A DNA stretch of 62,237 bases, filler included. It is 8 parts of 8 records of this genome, joined end to end, with 100 filler letters (N's around TTAATTAATTAA, not from the genome) between each part and the next. Parts side by side here need not be neighbours in the genome. Positions count along the whole stretch, not along the records: positions 1 to 16,947 come from SRR20825010_6035; positions 17,048 to 22,519 come from SRR20825010_6041; 6 more parts are not named here. One strand, written 5' to 3'. Below, in pieces: positions 9,662 to 19,247 of the stretch (positions within the stretch are counted from its first letter, which is position 1; every line of letters begins with the position of its first letter). Under the pieces are notes generated by a model that saw only the letters and a program-made list of their open reading frames with translations, was not told where the DNA came from and ran no database searches. The position numbers and the translations under genes are program-made.

Positions 9662-10834
9662 GTGCCTGAGACCTTTGACCAGCCTGTTGAGCGGGAAAAC
9701 ACCTGTTCCGTAAAATTTGACGCCCGCAAAGCGGTATTCGGCAAAGATGACGTTATCCCCCTGTGGGTGGCGGATATGGACTTTCCAGCGCCGGAAGCGG
9801 TGACCAGGGCTCTGGAAGAACGGGCAAGGCACCCGGTATACGGTTATACACTGTTTCCGGAGAGCCTGTACCAGTCGGTGATTGACTGGTTTGAACAACG
9901 GCATGGCTGGGTCATTGAGCGGGAATGGCTAATGATGGCCCCGGGGGTGGTGCCTTCGTTGCACGCGGCGGCACTGGCGTTTGCCGGCGAAGGTGAAGGG
10001 GTGATTATACAGCCTCCGGTTTACCCGCCTTTCTTCAGTGCCATTCGGAAAACCGGTCGTGCGGTGATTGAAAACCCGCTGGAACAGGTGGATGGCCGTT
10101 ATCAGATGAATCTCGAACACCTAGAGGCCTGTGCAGCGCGGGGCGATGCCAGAGTGTTGCTGCTGTGCTCGCCCCATAACCCGGTGGGAAGGGTGTGGAG
10201 CGAAAGCGAGCTCAGGGAGGTATTGGCCATTGCCAGGCGCCACAACCTGGTGGTGCTGTCGGATGAGATTCATTGCGACCTCACCTATCCGGACAAGCCT
10301 GCCCATCATGTACTGGCGAAACTGGCCGATGAGGAACAGGCCCTGATTACCACCGTAGCGCCCAGTAAATCCTTCAATATGCCCGGTCTGGGCTTGTCGG
10401 CGCTGGTGGTGAGAAATCCAGAGCATCGGAAGTTATTGAAAGACGTGTTCGACGCCATGCACATGAACCAGTGCAATCCCTTCAGTATCGCCGGCTTCGA
10501 GGCCGGGTATCGCCAGGGTGGCCCGTGGCTGGACGAACTCATGATCTACCTGCAAGGCAATCGTGACAGGGTGATGGACTACATCCGCCAACACCTGCCT
10601 GACATCCGGGTAACGGAGCCGGAGGGCACCTACTTGTTGTGGCTGGACTGCCGGGGCCTGGGCATGAGCGACGCGGAACTGAAACGGTTCTTTGTGCAGG
10701 AAGCGGGTATTGGCATGAACCCGGGCATCACCTTCGGTGAGCCCGGCAGCGGGTTCATGCGTATGAATATTGGTTGCCCGCGCCGGGTTCTGGAGACGGC
10801 CCTGGAGCAGATCCGGCAGGCGCTGAATAAATAA
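9662..10834 (+). CDS. patB: PLP-dependent C-S lyase/aminotransferase, PatB/MalY family
   Basis: PLWVADMDF, LCSPHNPVG, SDEIH, APSKSFN (PLP Lys), EGTYLLWLD, RMNIG. Confidence 0.9.
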   Translation: MPETFDQPVERENTCSVKFDARKAVFGKDDVIPLWVADMDFPAPEAVTRALEERARHPVYGYTLFPESLYQSVIDWFEQRHGWVIEREWLMMAPGVVPSLHAAALAFAGEGEGVIIQPPVYPPFFSAIRKTGRAVIENPLEQVDGRYQMNLEHLEACAARGDARVLLLCSPHNPVGRVWSESELREVLAIARRHNLVVLSDEIHCDLTYPDKPAHHVLAKLADEEQALITTVAPSKSFNMPGLGLSALVVRNPEHRKLLKDVFDAMHMNQCNPFSIAGFEAGYRQGGPWLDELMIYLQGNRDRVMDYIRQHLPDIRVTEPEGTYLLWLDCRGLGMSDAELKRFFVQEAGIGMNPGITFGEPGSGFMRMNIGCPRRVLETALEQIRQALNK

Positions 10835-10839
10835 CCGGA

Positions 10840-11391
10840 TCAGTCGGCGTTTTCAGCGCCGTTACTGCAGGGATCGTCTACCGGCTGCCAGTGAGGCGGC
10901 TGGCTCATGCCTGGCATCTGGCCGTTGCTGGGGCGGATGGCGCGGTAAGTCTGCCCTTCATGGATGGCCATCTGGCCCACGGTATAGCTGCCGCCAAAGC
11001 TCCATCGCCCGGGTTCTTTGCAGGCCTGTGGGCGCTCGTTGGGCGTTTTTACGGGCGTTTCGCCGGCGTCGGCCGGTGCCTGAGGTTGGTGGTTCACCCC
11101 ACCTTCCGATTGGCGCTCAGCGACGTTGCTGTCATCACGACCGACGCCGCAATCAGGCACAGACGCCAGTCTTTCCCATTCGAAATCCGCACCGGGTGTT
11201 TTACCCTCGTGGAGTTCGCGGGACTGGTACCAGTCACCCTGGTGAAAGACCGTCTGTCCCGGTGGGTAATAGCGGCTCGGTATCCAGGTATTTTCCTCAG
11301 GATCGCAGGGGGCAGCGACCGCTGGGGTGTTGAAAGCCGCCAGTATCAGTACGCCGGCCCATCTGAAGCGCCTTGTCATGCCATTGACCAT
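10840..11391 (-). CDS. Secreted protein with two chitin-binding type 3 (CBM5/12-like) modules
   Basis: Signal peptide ending PAVAA; modules WIPSRYYPPGQTVFHQGDWYQS...TPG...W and WSFGGSYTVGQMAIHEGQTYRA...MPG...W; start placed at MVNG (11391) because the longer ORF overlaps the EamA gene. Confidence 0.78.
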   Translation of the reverse strand: MVNGMTRRFRWAGVLILAAFNTPAVAAPCDPEENTWIPSRYYPPGQTVFHQGDWYQSRELHEGKTPGADFEWERLASVPDCGVGRDDSNVAERQSEGGVNHQPQAPADAGETPVKTPNERPQACKEPGRWSFGGSYTVGQMAIHEGQTYRAIRPSNGQMPGMSQPPHWQPVDDPCSNGAENAD

Positions 11392-11426
11392 GAATGCCTG
11401 CCTTGTCGATGTTTGTTGTTGGGTGC

Positions 11427-12350
11427 TCAACGGTATTTGCGGCGAAGTTCGGTGGTTCGGGTGGCCAGGAACAGTCCGGCCAGAATCAGAAGGCCGCCAA
11501 TGACATGGAACAGGCCCAGGCGTTCCCCGAGGAAAATGCCCGCCATCACCGACGCAAATACAGGGGTGAGGTACATGAAGATGGCCGCTTTTGCAGGACC
11601 AATCCGATGCACCCCATGATTCCAGAACGCGTAAGCCAGAATACCGGGGAAAATTGCAAAATACATCATGGGCAGGGCGGTTGATGCGTTCAGCTCGAAT
11701 CCACCTGAGAAGAACAGTAGGTCCACCAGGAAAAACGGCAAGATCACCATAGTGCCGCAGGCGATCTGGACGGTCAGAAAGGTCAGTGGGGCCAATGGTA
11801 CCGCCTGGCGGCGAAGCAGTACTGAGAACAAGCCCCAACTGGATACCGCCAGTACCATGATCAGATCACCGGGTTGCGCCCGCAAACCGGTCAGCACTGA
11901 GAGGTCTCCCCGCGCCACAACCGCCAGGATGCCCAGTACCGCCAGCCCGATGCCGAGAGCCTGAATGGGGCGTGTGCGATCTCCCAACAGCAACCAGGCC
12001 AGTAACGCCACCATGATGGGTATGGTGGCGTTAATCAGCGCGATGTTGGTGGCCGTGGTGGTCACCGCGGCAAAATAAAGCAGCGAGTTGAACGCCGCCA
12101 CACTGAACGTGGCGAGTGCCAGTATCGACAGTGCGTGTTCGCGGATGACCCGGCGCTGGCGCCAGACCCCCGGCAGCCCGAAGGGCAGGAGTATCGTCAG
12201 GGCTATCACCCAGCGCCAGAACGACATGGACAGGGGAGGAATCTCGCCAACCACACTTTTGGCCACCACGGCGTTGCCCGCCCAGAACAACGGGGTCAGG
12301 ACCAGGCCGGTGTAGGCCAGCCATAGTGGTTTCGGGGTTTCTGAGGGCAC
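11427..12350 (-). CDS. DMT/EamA family transporter
   Basis: FWAGNAVV, IPPLSMSFWRW, two EamA repeats, FLGERL; 10 TM; GTG start after AGGAG. Confidence 0.9.
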   Translation of the reverse strand: MPSETPKPLWLAYTGLVLTPLFWAGNAVVAKSVVGEIPPLSMSFWRWVIALTILLPFGLPGVWRQRRVIREHALSILALATFSVAAFNSLLYFAAVTTTATNIALINATIPIMVALLAWLLLGDRTRPIQALGIGLAVLGILAVVARGDLSVLTGLRAQPGDLIMVLAVSSWGLFSVLLRRQAVPLAPLTFLTVQIACGTMVILPFFLVDLLFFSGGFELNASTALPMMYFAIFPGILAYAFWNHGVHRIGPAKAAIFMYLTPVFASVMAGIFLGERLGLFHVIGGLLILAGLFLATRTTELRRKYR

Positions 12351-12492
12351 ACCGACTCCTGTCAGGGTTTTTGGGTTTCTGATCTGGTTCGGGAGCCCGA
12401 AGGATACTACGCCCTGCGAGCTAATGCCTTGTTACCAAAGTGGTAGTGGAGATATTGGTTGATCGTATCCGGCTGGTGACTGTCTGATCGGG

Positions 12493-12509
12493 TGTCAGGA
12501 TTTCTTACA
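12493..12509 (+). promoter_or_regulatory. PEP-CTERM-associated enhancer box (TGT-N11-ACA, PrsR-type activator site)
   Basis: TGTCAGGATTTCTTACA about 65 bp upstream of a sigma-54 motif in front of a PEP-CTERM gene. Confidence 0.7.
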
Positions 12510-12573
12510 AGCCCGCTGCTGGATAAATGCAGGATTAAATATAGATTCTTGTTTTAGATTGGAAATTCAGATG

Positions 12574-12590
12574 TTGGTATAGCAGGTGCC
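12574..12590 (+). promoter_or_regulatory. Sigma-54 (-24/-12) promoter
   Basis: TTGGTATAGCAGGTGCC: GG-N10-GC spacing is exact. Confidence 0.65.
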
Positions 12591-12643
12591 TGTATGGCGG
12601 GGCAGTAAAACGAATGAAATGTGGGATAACCCAGGGAGCAGCT

Positions 12644-13246
12644 ATGCGACATCTTAAACTCACCATTGCACTACTGGTTTCCATGTGCCTGCCGGCCATG
12701 GCAAGCGCGGCAATGATCTCTGCCAGCTATCAGGTCAACCTGAATGATTCAGACCCCGGACTGGTTGTTGGTTCTGCAGACTATGCAGACAACCCGTTTT
12801 CTTTCGATCTGAATGCCGGTGAAAGTACGATCTTTAATCTGTTCAAAATCTGGACGACTGAAGGCACGGTCAACAGCGATGACAAAGTCGCCAAACCGAT
12901 TTCCGTCGATTTCAACTTCACAGCACCAGAACTGATGAGTGGCTCGGTCAACGGGAACACCTCCGGAGATTCCGTACTCTTTGGCCTTTACCAGGAAGGT
13001 GTGCTGTCCTGGAACGGTTCGCTTGACCTGGTGTTTGGCGCACTGGGCGATGGCCTGCTTCGTGTATCCCTCTTCGACACCACTTTTAACGAAGGCATCT
13101 TTGGGCTGGGCAGCTACGGCTCCAAGGTTAAGGCGAAGGTCGAACTGATTTCTGAAGCCAGCGAAGTACCAGAGCCAGGTCCCCTGGCCATCCTGAGCCT
13201 CGGCCTTCTCGGTATGGGGCTGCGTGCCCGCCGCCGTTCAGCCTGA
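12644..13246 (+). CDS. PEP-CTERM sorting-domain surface protein
   Basis: Signal peptide MRHLKLTIALLVSMCLPAMASA; C-terminal VPEPGPLAILSLGLLGMGLRARRR (PEP + TM + basic tail); GGGAG RBS. Confidence 0.9.
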   Translation: MRHLKLTIALLVSMCLPAMASAAMISASYQVNLNDSDPGLVVGSADYADNPFSFDLNAGESTIFNLFKIWTTEGTVNSDDKVAKPISVDFNFTAPELMSGSVNGNTSGDSVLFGLYQEGVLSWNGSLDLVFGALGDGLLRVSLFDTTFNEGIFGLGSYGSKVKAKVELISEASEVPEPGPLAILSLGLLGMGLRARRRSA

Positions 13247-13280
13247 ACGGTTGCGTTTAGTATCCTGACAGTTGAACGAT

Positions 13281-13316
13281 AAAATGGGGTCAGAGCTTGC
13301 TCTGACCCCATTTTTT
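13281..13316. terminator. Bidirectional intrinsic terminator / REP-like palindrome
   Basis: AAAATGGGGTCAGAGC-TT-GCTCTGACCCCATTTTTT between convergent genes. Confidence 0.8.
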
Positions 13317-14778
13317 ATTCTCCCGGCACTTCCGCTTCTGTGCCGACGTGATAGGCCGCAAAACCGGCCATGACCACCTGATCCACCGCCATGCCGATAA
13401 TTCGGCCGCTGCTGCGGGCGCGGATGGGATGCTGGGCGTTGGTGATGGGATCCGAAACATAACCCAGAATTTCACCTTCAGAAACCTTGGCCCCCAGCTT
13501 GGTTTCGCTGAACAGAATGCCGCCGTGTTCGGCCCGTATCCACTCGGAATCGTAATAGACGGGTTCCGGGTCTCCCCAGACGAACATCCTTGAAATCATG
13601 CCTTCCTTGTCCATCAGGCTGGTCAGGCTGTTCACCCCGGCCTTGATCTGGTGCTCCTGGATCCGAAGTGATTCGCCCGCCTCCATGGTGACGGACCGGA
13701 TACCGGCTTCGACAGCGGCGTGACGGAGCATGCCGGTGGTGCCGGTACTGTGGACGACCGCCATGCGATCAAACCCACGGGTGAGTTCCGCCACTTCCGG
13801 GTTGTTCATGTCTGCACGCAGTTGGGGCAGATTGGTGCGCTTGAGAGACCCGGTGTGGATATCCACCAACATGTCGCAATGACGGATTACGTTTTCGAAC
13901 AGCGAGTGGGCAATCCGGTCCGCCAGGCTGCCATCGGTGCTGCCCGGGAAGTGACGATTGAGGTCACGGCGGTCGGGCAGGTAGCGGCTGCCTTGCTGGA
14001 AACCCGGCAGGTTGACGATGGGAATGCCGATCACTCGGCCGGAGAGCTTGTCTGGCTCCAGGTCGTACATGGTGCGGCGGATGATCTCGATGCCGTTGAG
14101 TTCATCACCGTGAACGGCCCCGGTCAGGCATAGGTTAGGGCCGGGTTTGGAGCCATTGACCACCAGAACCGGTGTTGGTTGCGACAGGCCGGCAATCTGG
14201 ATGGCAGGGGACCAGGCCAGGCGAGTTGAGGTTCCGGGCAGAACCTCGGCACCGAGCATTTTCAGGCTGGTGGCCTTTTCGGGTTCCGTCACCTCGGCAG
14301 ACTCTTCCACGCCGTTTTCATCGGTTGCCGTTGCGGGGTCTGCGCCCTGGGCAGTGGGTTTGGGCTGATCCGCCGTTGCGTCGGGCTTCGAAGGTTCGGG
14401 CTCCGAAGTCTTCGACTCCGCTGGTTCAGCGGGCTTTGGAGGCGGCGCCACCTCTTTTAAATCAACATTGGGGGCCACTTCTTCCACGGCCGGTTCTGCC
14501 GTGGAATCTGGTGTTTTATCCTGTGAGGCGAGCTCCTCATCGGATATCTGAGTGGTGTCTGCTTTGCCGCTGTTCTTTTTCGGTTCAGACGAGCGCAAGG
14601 GTTCCGAATGCTCGACATCCTCAACACTCTCGTCCTCGGCAAGCTCTGCGACCAGCATCTCCGTGTTGTCGGAGTCATCGGACTTGTTTGCGTAGACGGC
14701 AGGAATTGAGACCAGGCTACTGGTCAGGGTGAAAATCAGGCCAGCGCGAAACAGATGTGTCAGCCAGCGATACAGCAT
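13315..14778 (-). CDS. Succinylglutamate desuccinylase/aspartoacylase (M14) family metallo-hydrolase, exported, with a long acidic linker
   Basis: AVHGDELNG, DLNRHFPG, DIHTG, MEAG motifs; signal peptide ending PAVYA; GAGAGG RBS before MLYRW. Confidence 0.87.
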   Translation of the reverse strand: MLYRWLTHLFRAGLIFTLTSSLVSIPAVYANKSDDSDNTEMLVAELAEDESVEDVEHSEPLRSSEPKKNSGKADTTQISDEELASQDKTPDSTAEPAVEEVAPNVDLKEVAPPPKPAEPAESKTSEPEPSKPDATADQPKPTAQGADPATATDENGVEESAEVTEPEKATSLKMLGAEVLPGTSTRLAWSPAIQIAGLSQPTPVLVVNGSKPGPNLCLTGAVHGDELNGIEIIRRTMYDLEPDKLSGRVIGIPIVNLPGFQQGSRYLPDRRDLNRHFPGSTDGSLADRIAHSLFENVIRHCDMLVDIHTGSLKRTNLPQLRADMNNPEVAELTRGFDRMAVVHSTGTTGMLRHAAVEAGIRSVTMEAGESLRIQEHQIKAGVNSLTSLMDKEGMISRMFVWGDPEPVYYDSEWIRAEHGGILFSETKLGAKVSEGEILGYVSDPITNAQHPIRARSSGRIIGMAVDQVVMAGFAAYHVGTEAEVPGE

Positions 14779-14999
14779 AGTTCCTCTCGAGTCTTCAGCC
14801 AGTTTGAGGCTCGTTGTCCGATCTGTGAAAACGGTACAAGGATAGAGACCCCATTGTTTCATGAATACGGCTGTGACAAAGGTTTAATGCCACTTTCATG
14901 AACTCGTTGTGTAATTCCGCAAAATGACCTATTCAAAGAGGTTACAGGATGCGGATTGCAGTTCCGTATCCGTTATACGTCCGATGGAGGATAAACTGT

Positions 15000-15158
15000 A
15001 TGGATCTTTTGCGAGTTCTGGTTGCGATTTTGTTACCGCCGTTGGGCGTCTTTTTACAGGTGGGGATTGGCAAGCACTTCTGGATCAACATCCTGTTGAC
15101 GATTCTCGGTTACATTCCCGGTATTGTGCACGCCGTCTGGATCATCGCGAAAAAATAG
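15000..15158 (+). CDS. yqaE: YqaE/Pmp3 family small membrane protein
   Basis: MDLLRVLVAILLPPLGVFLQVG...FWINILLTILGYIPGIVHAVWII, 52 aa; GGAGG RBS. Confidence 0.92.
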   Translation: MDLLRVLVAILLPPLGVFLQVGIGKHFWINILLTILGYIPGIVHAVWIIAKK

Positions 15159-15200
15159 GCCGCCCCTGAGCAGGAACCAAGTGTCTGTGAAGGGCGGGCT

Positions 15201-16838
15201 TCAAATGTCGGGAGTGGTGCGCCAGATGTCGCCTTCCCGCGCAGCCCGGCCATCTGCCTCCAGTTTTAGCAGGTGCGCCAGCGCGGAGCGGGCGGCGACG
15301 CCATGGATCGCCGCCGGGACATCGTCATAGGCCTTTGCGGTCAGATCTTTCAGGCTGGCCGGGGCGAGGCTTTTCAGCACCCTGACAACCTTGTGCTCCC
15401 GTGCCAGACGATGCGTGATGAGATAATCAATCACCGATTCGGGGCGTGCCATCAGGAAACCGTGGGCAGGCGCTATGTAACGCACGGACTCGGCCAGCAG
15501 GTCGTACAGCGACTCCAGGTAGGCCTTCATGTCACCGTCTGGCGGATTAATGACCACGGTGGAGCCCTGCATGATGTGGTCTCCAGAAAACAGCAGCTCT
15601 TGCTCCAGGAGCAGATAGCAAAGATGGTTGGAGGCATGCCCCGGGGTGTAAAGGGCTTTCAGGGTGCCAGCCTCGGTGACGATCAGGTCACCATTCACCG
15701 GCTCTACATCCGGCGAAAACGTCTGGTCCTGGGCCGGGCCTTCGGGAGCCAGCTGGCCGTAAACGCGACAGCCGGTTCTTGCCTTCAGTGCCACTGTTGC
15801 CGGCGAGTGGTCCTGGTGGGTATGAGTGACCACCACTTGATCAATCGCTCCACCAGTGAATTCCAGAATGCGCTCAATATGCGTTGCGTCGTCCGGGCCG
15901 GGGTCCAGTACCGTAAACCGTTTGTGGCCAAGCACATAGGTGTTGGTGCCGGGGCCGGTCATCATTCCCGGGTTTGGCGCTGTCAGGCGAACCACACCGG
16001 CCGCCACCTCCACCGGTTTCCCGGGAACAATGTCCGCGTGTGTAGAGCCTGCACCCTCCGGGTCCAGCTTGACCGCTTCGTCATAGGCGGGTGCCCCCGG
16101 CTCCAGCATCGTGGTCCTGTCTTTCTTGACCGCCGGCCACGGCTTGTTGGGATAGGGCTCCGGCGGATTAGCATGGACATAGCGCATGAGGGCTTCCGTG
16201 GTGCCGAACTCCGCCAGTATCCGCAGCGTCCCAATGGTTGGCAACCCTAGCAGGCGGCGGCCACTGCGATGATCTTCCAGGGCTTCCGACGGGCTCAGCC
16301 ATACGTGGTCAATGGTTTCATTGCCGTCATGACTTGCCCGTTGCCCTTCCGGTGCCACTGCAATGAAGAAGCGGGTATCAAAGCGCCGGGGAGGTCCCGG
16401 CGGTGTCACCCAGTGCCCGAGGTAGCCCAGACGGTCCAGGGGAATGGTGAGGTTATAGCGATGGCACAGTTCCGCCAGGGTTAACTCACCTTTAAACAGA
16501 GCTTCGCGGTCGCTGTGAATGGGATGGTCCTGAGTCAGCGCAGCACCTTTTTCATCAACGGCTAACAGAATGCCGGCTTCCTCAAAACACTCCCGGACAG
16601 CCGCAAGCATGTAGTCGGCGCCACCTTCATCCATGGCCATTGTCTGGCTGATTTCAGTGTCAGCCCGCCCGATTGCGTGGGCCCGCCCATTGTTTTCCTG
16701 ATCGTCGACAGAACCACCGGGAAAGACAAAATAGCCCGGCATGAATACCGCGTCCCAGGTTCGTTGCAGCAGCAGGATCTTTGGACCTTCAGCAGTGTCT
16801 TTGGTCAAAACCAGCGTGGCAGCAGGGCGAATATCCAT
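15201..16838 (-). CDS. NUDIX hydrolase fused to a metallo-beta-lactamase-fold hydrolase with C-terminal winged helix (LACTB2-like)
   Basis: VFPGG...AAVRECFEEAGI and RRFDTRFF (NUDIX); THTHQDH, TPGHASNH, FSGDH, PAHG (MBL); SALAHLLKL (wHTH). Confidence 0.88.
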   Translation of the reverse strand: MDIRPAATLVLTKDTAEGPKILLLQRTWDAVFMPGYFVFPGGSVDDQENNGRAHAIGRADTEISQTMAMDEGGADYMLAAVRECFEEAGILLAVDEKGAALTQDHPIHSDREALFKGELTLAELCHRYNLTIPLDRLGYLGHWVTPPGPPRRFDTRFFIAVAPEGQRASHDGNETIDHVWLSPSEALEDHRSGRRLLGLPTIGTLRILAEFGTTEALMRYVHANPPEPYPNKPWPAVKKDRTTMLEPGAPAYDEAVKLDPEGAGSTHADIVPGKPVEVAAGVVRLTAPNPGMMTGPGTNTYVLGHKRFTVLDPGPDDATHIERILEFTGGAIDQVVVTHTHQDHSPATVALKARTGCRVYGQLAPEGPAQDQTFSPDVEPVNGDLIVTEAGTLKALYTPGHASNHLCYLLLEQELLFSGDHIMQGSTVVINPPDGDMKAYLESLYDLLAESVRYIAPAHGFLMARPESVIDYLITHRLAREHKVVRVLKSLAPASLKDLTAKAYDDVPAAIHGVAARSALAHLLKLEADGRAAREGDIWRTTPDI

Positions 16839-16947
16839 AGAGTGTCCGTATCTGTTGGTCAGACTGTTGGTGCTGGAAAGAGGTTGGGAGGCTACTGTCA
16901 AAACACGCTCAAGCACGTCCATGTGGCGCTTGAGCTCCGCCATCCAT

Positions 16948-17047
16948 NNNNNNNNNNNNNNNNNNNNNNNNNNNNNNNNNNNNNNNNNNNNTTAATTAAT
17001 TAANNNNNNNNNNNNNNNNNNNNNNNNNNNNNNNNNNNNNNNNNNNN
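16948..17047. other. Artificial contig spacer
   Basis: 44 N + TTAATTAATTAA (stops in all six frames) + 44 N. Confidence 0.99.
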
Positions 17048-17049
17048 CC

Positions 17050-17358
17050 AAATCCTTTTCATTTTTAGCCAATGACGGCTTTTCTATTTTTGCCGATAGA
17101 CAGATCTTATCAGAAAGCAGCGCCCGACGTATCAATGCACTCATGCTGACCTGTGGGTTTTATGATGAAGCAGGAGAATTTGCCTATAGAGTTGGGCTTC
17201 CTGGGAAAAGTGGGGTAGGTGGAGGAGTGGCTGCAGTGATGCCGCATAAGTTTAGTATTGCGGTGTGGAGTCCAGAGCTAAGCGAAAAAGGCAATTCAAT
17301 TAAATCAATACGGGCTTTGGAGCTGTTAACCGATAAGTTGTCATTCTCTTTGTTTTAA
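17050..17358 (+). CDS. glsA: Glutaminase, C-terminal fragment (5' end cut by contig edge)
   Basis: NALMLTCGFYDEAGEFAYRVGLPGKSGVGGG...WSPEL...GNS. Confidence 0.92.
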   Translation, partial: KSFSFLANDGFSIFADRQILSESSARRINALMLTCGFYDEAGEFAYRVGLPGKSGVGGGVAAVMPHKFSIAVWSPELSEKGNSIKSIRALELLTDKLSFSLF

Positions 17359-17549
17359 ATCTGACTACGGTTCAGTTTTGGGTTAGAGTTAAGTTTTTTG
17401 ATCAGCGTGTACCTTGGTTTTTACAATAAATACCTGCTTTAAACTAAACTAGGGGAGATTTTTACGTAATTGAATTTCACGTTTTGAGTTAAAAACCATG
17501 TGGGGTATTACTCAGAAATATCATTGTCATACCTAAACCTACCGAGGGT

Positions 17550-18005
17550 TTAAATCTCCACCTTCGCTACTTTGGTGTGCATATCTGACATCAGCATCAG
17601 TGCGGCTGATCCATACCATTCCTTTAGATCCATTTTGAGTATGCCAGCCTTGATTGCTGGATCGGATTCTGTAAGTTTCTGAGCTTCTTCTAGACTTTCT
17701 ACAGCAAAGAAGAAAAGCCCTCGCAGTTCTTCATTTCCGAAGAAAGGCCCAGCCATTACCATTTTCCCTTCTCCAGCCAATCGATTGATATTAGCCATAT
17801 GTCCGGCTTGTATATCGCTTCTTTCCTGCTCTGAATATTGATCCACTTTATCTCCTCGATAAAGAAAGGCGATCACATATTTCCTCATTCCATAATCATC
17901 TGCTCCAACTTCCTTGGCCAAAGCTTCATCGTACGATGTTTTTTGAGCCAAAGTATATGAGGTAGCGGAACAAGTAATGAGTAGTAAAATCAATAGCTTT
18001 TTCAT
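17550..18005 (-). CDS. YciI-family protein with signal peptide
   Basis: HMANI, AGPF, SDPAIKAG motifs; N-terminal signal peptide. Confidence 0.8.
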   Translation of the reverse strand: MKKLLILLLITCSATSYTLAQKTSYDEALAKEVGADDYGMRKYVIAFLYRGDKVDQYSEQERSDIQAGHMANINRLAGEGKMVMAGPFFGNEELRGLFFFAVESLEEAQKLTESDPAIKAGILKMDLKEWYGSAALMLMSDMHTKVAKVEI

Positions 18006-19247
18006 ATCAGTTAGGTTATGCTCGGATTATAGTTTTAGACAATTTAGCTTTTTTCAGACTATGGAAAAGTTGATTTCCTTCTTGATTTTAAAATCATTTA
18101 TGAAGTAGATCAAGATCTTTACAAGAAGGCAAGTTGCCTAAGGAGGAAACTAAAGTTGATTGAAAACCGAAGAAAATGCCTGATCTAAAGTTCGAATTAG
18201 ATCTGGAAAATTCGATAATAGCTTGGTGAATTCATGAGTTCAAACATGCGGCTATTGACAAGAATGAGGTAGTATCCACTTGCTCTTTTCTACCGTATGC
18301 GAGCGTTCAAAAGTGGTTCAAAAAGTGGGTGACCAACGCACACCTAATCCAAATTATATTGGGGTATTTTGCTTGTGTAAATCATCATCTGTAAGGTGGG
18401 AGTGAAGCGATTTTTCGCTGTAAAAATGGTAGAGGAAATTGACTATTTCGGGTTGCTGTATTAGGGGCGTTGTAAGTCGTATTTGATATTTTTTCAAGCC
18501 TTTTTGATCCCCATAATGGGACTCATCGCGGGCAAAATGTGCAAGACTTACACCCACATAATTATACAGATTATAGGATAGCGGGCGGATTTTGATGAAA
18601 GTAAAATGATCAGCAGTCGACAGTTTGATCCTTTATATCTCATGTTTTTGCGGATGTCTTCTGTCTTCTTTAGCTCACATTCTTGGTCTCTATCCAATCC
18701 AAAATGAGTTTAGGGATGTTGCATAAATCGAATTTTTTGGTCAGAGTTTTTATTTCTGCGCTCCAGCTTTTTCAAATTAAACAGGAAAATTAATAGGGGC
18801 GAAATTCCTAAAGGGCAGCCCTGATTTCGGTGATAATATCTCTTGTAAAATTGCAGAACAATCTATTGTTAATGAAAATGGGGCGTGACCAGCGTATTCG
18901 CCAAAATCATTTAAACCGTCTAGTACTTCAGTAAGCTATACTTTATTGTTTTGATACTAACTAATTGATTTTATAGCTTTTAATACTGGTTTAGGGTTCA
19001 CGTAATTTGTCTAGGCTAAAAAGATTAGGCTAGACTAAAATAAGTAGTTGATGTAAAAAACTATAGGGCTGGCCAATGCCGCCGCAAGAATTGGCGCTTA
19101 ATAGAATTTGACTGAAGAAAAGTCTATTCAAGACATATATAGAACGAACTCTTGATTGTGACCTTCTGGGCAAGACTGGGATTTTGATCTAGATTTTTTT
19201 AATCTTAGCGTTATCAAACCAACACCTTCTCTCCGACATTTCTCAGA

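Noticed and set aside
18200..18470. TAG-recoded (alternative genetic code) gene
   Set aside because: The same frame also has TAA stops nearby, and neighbouring genes read normally in the standard code.
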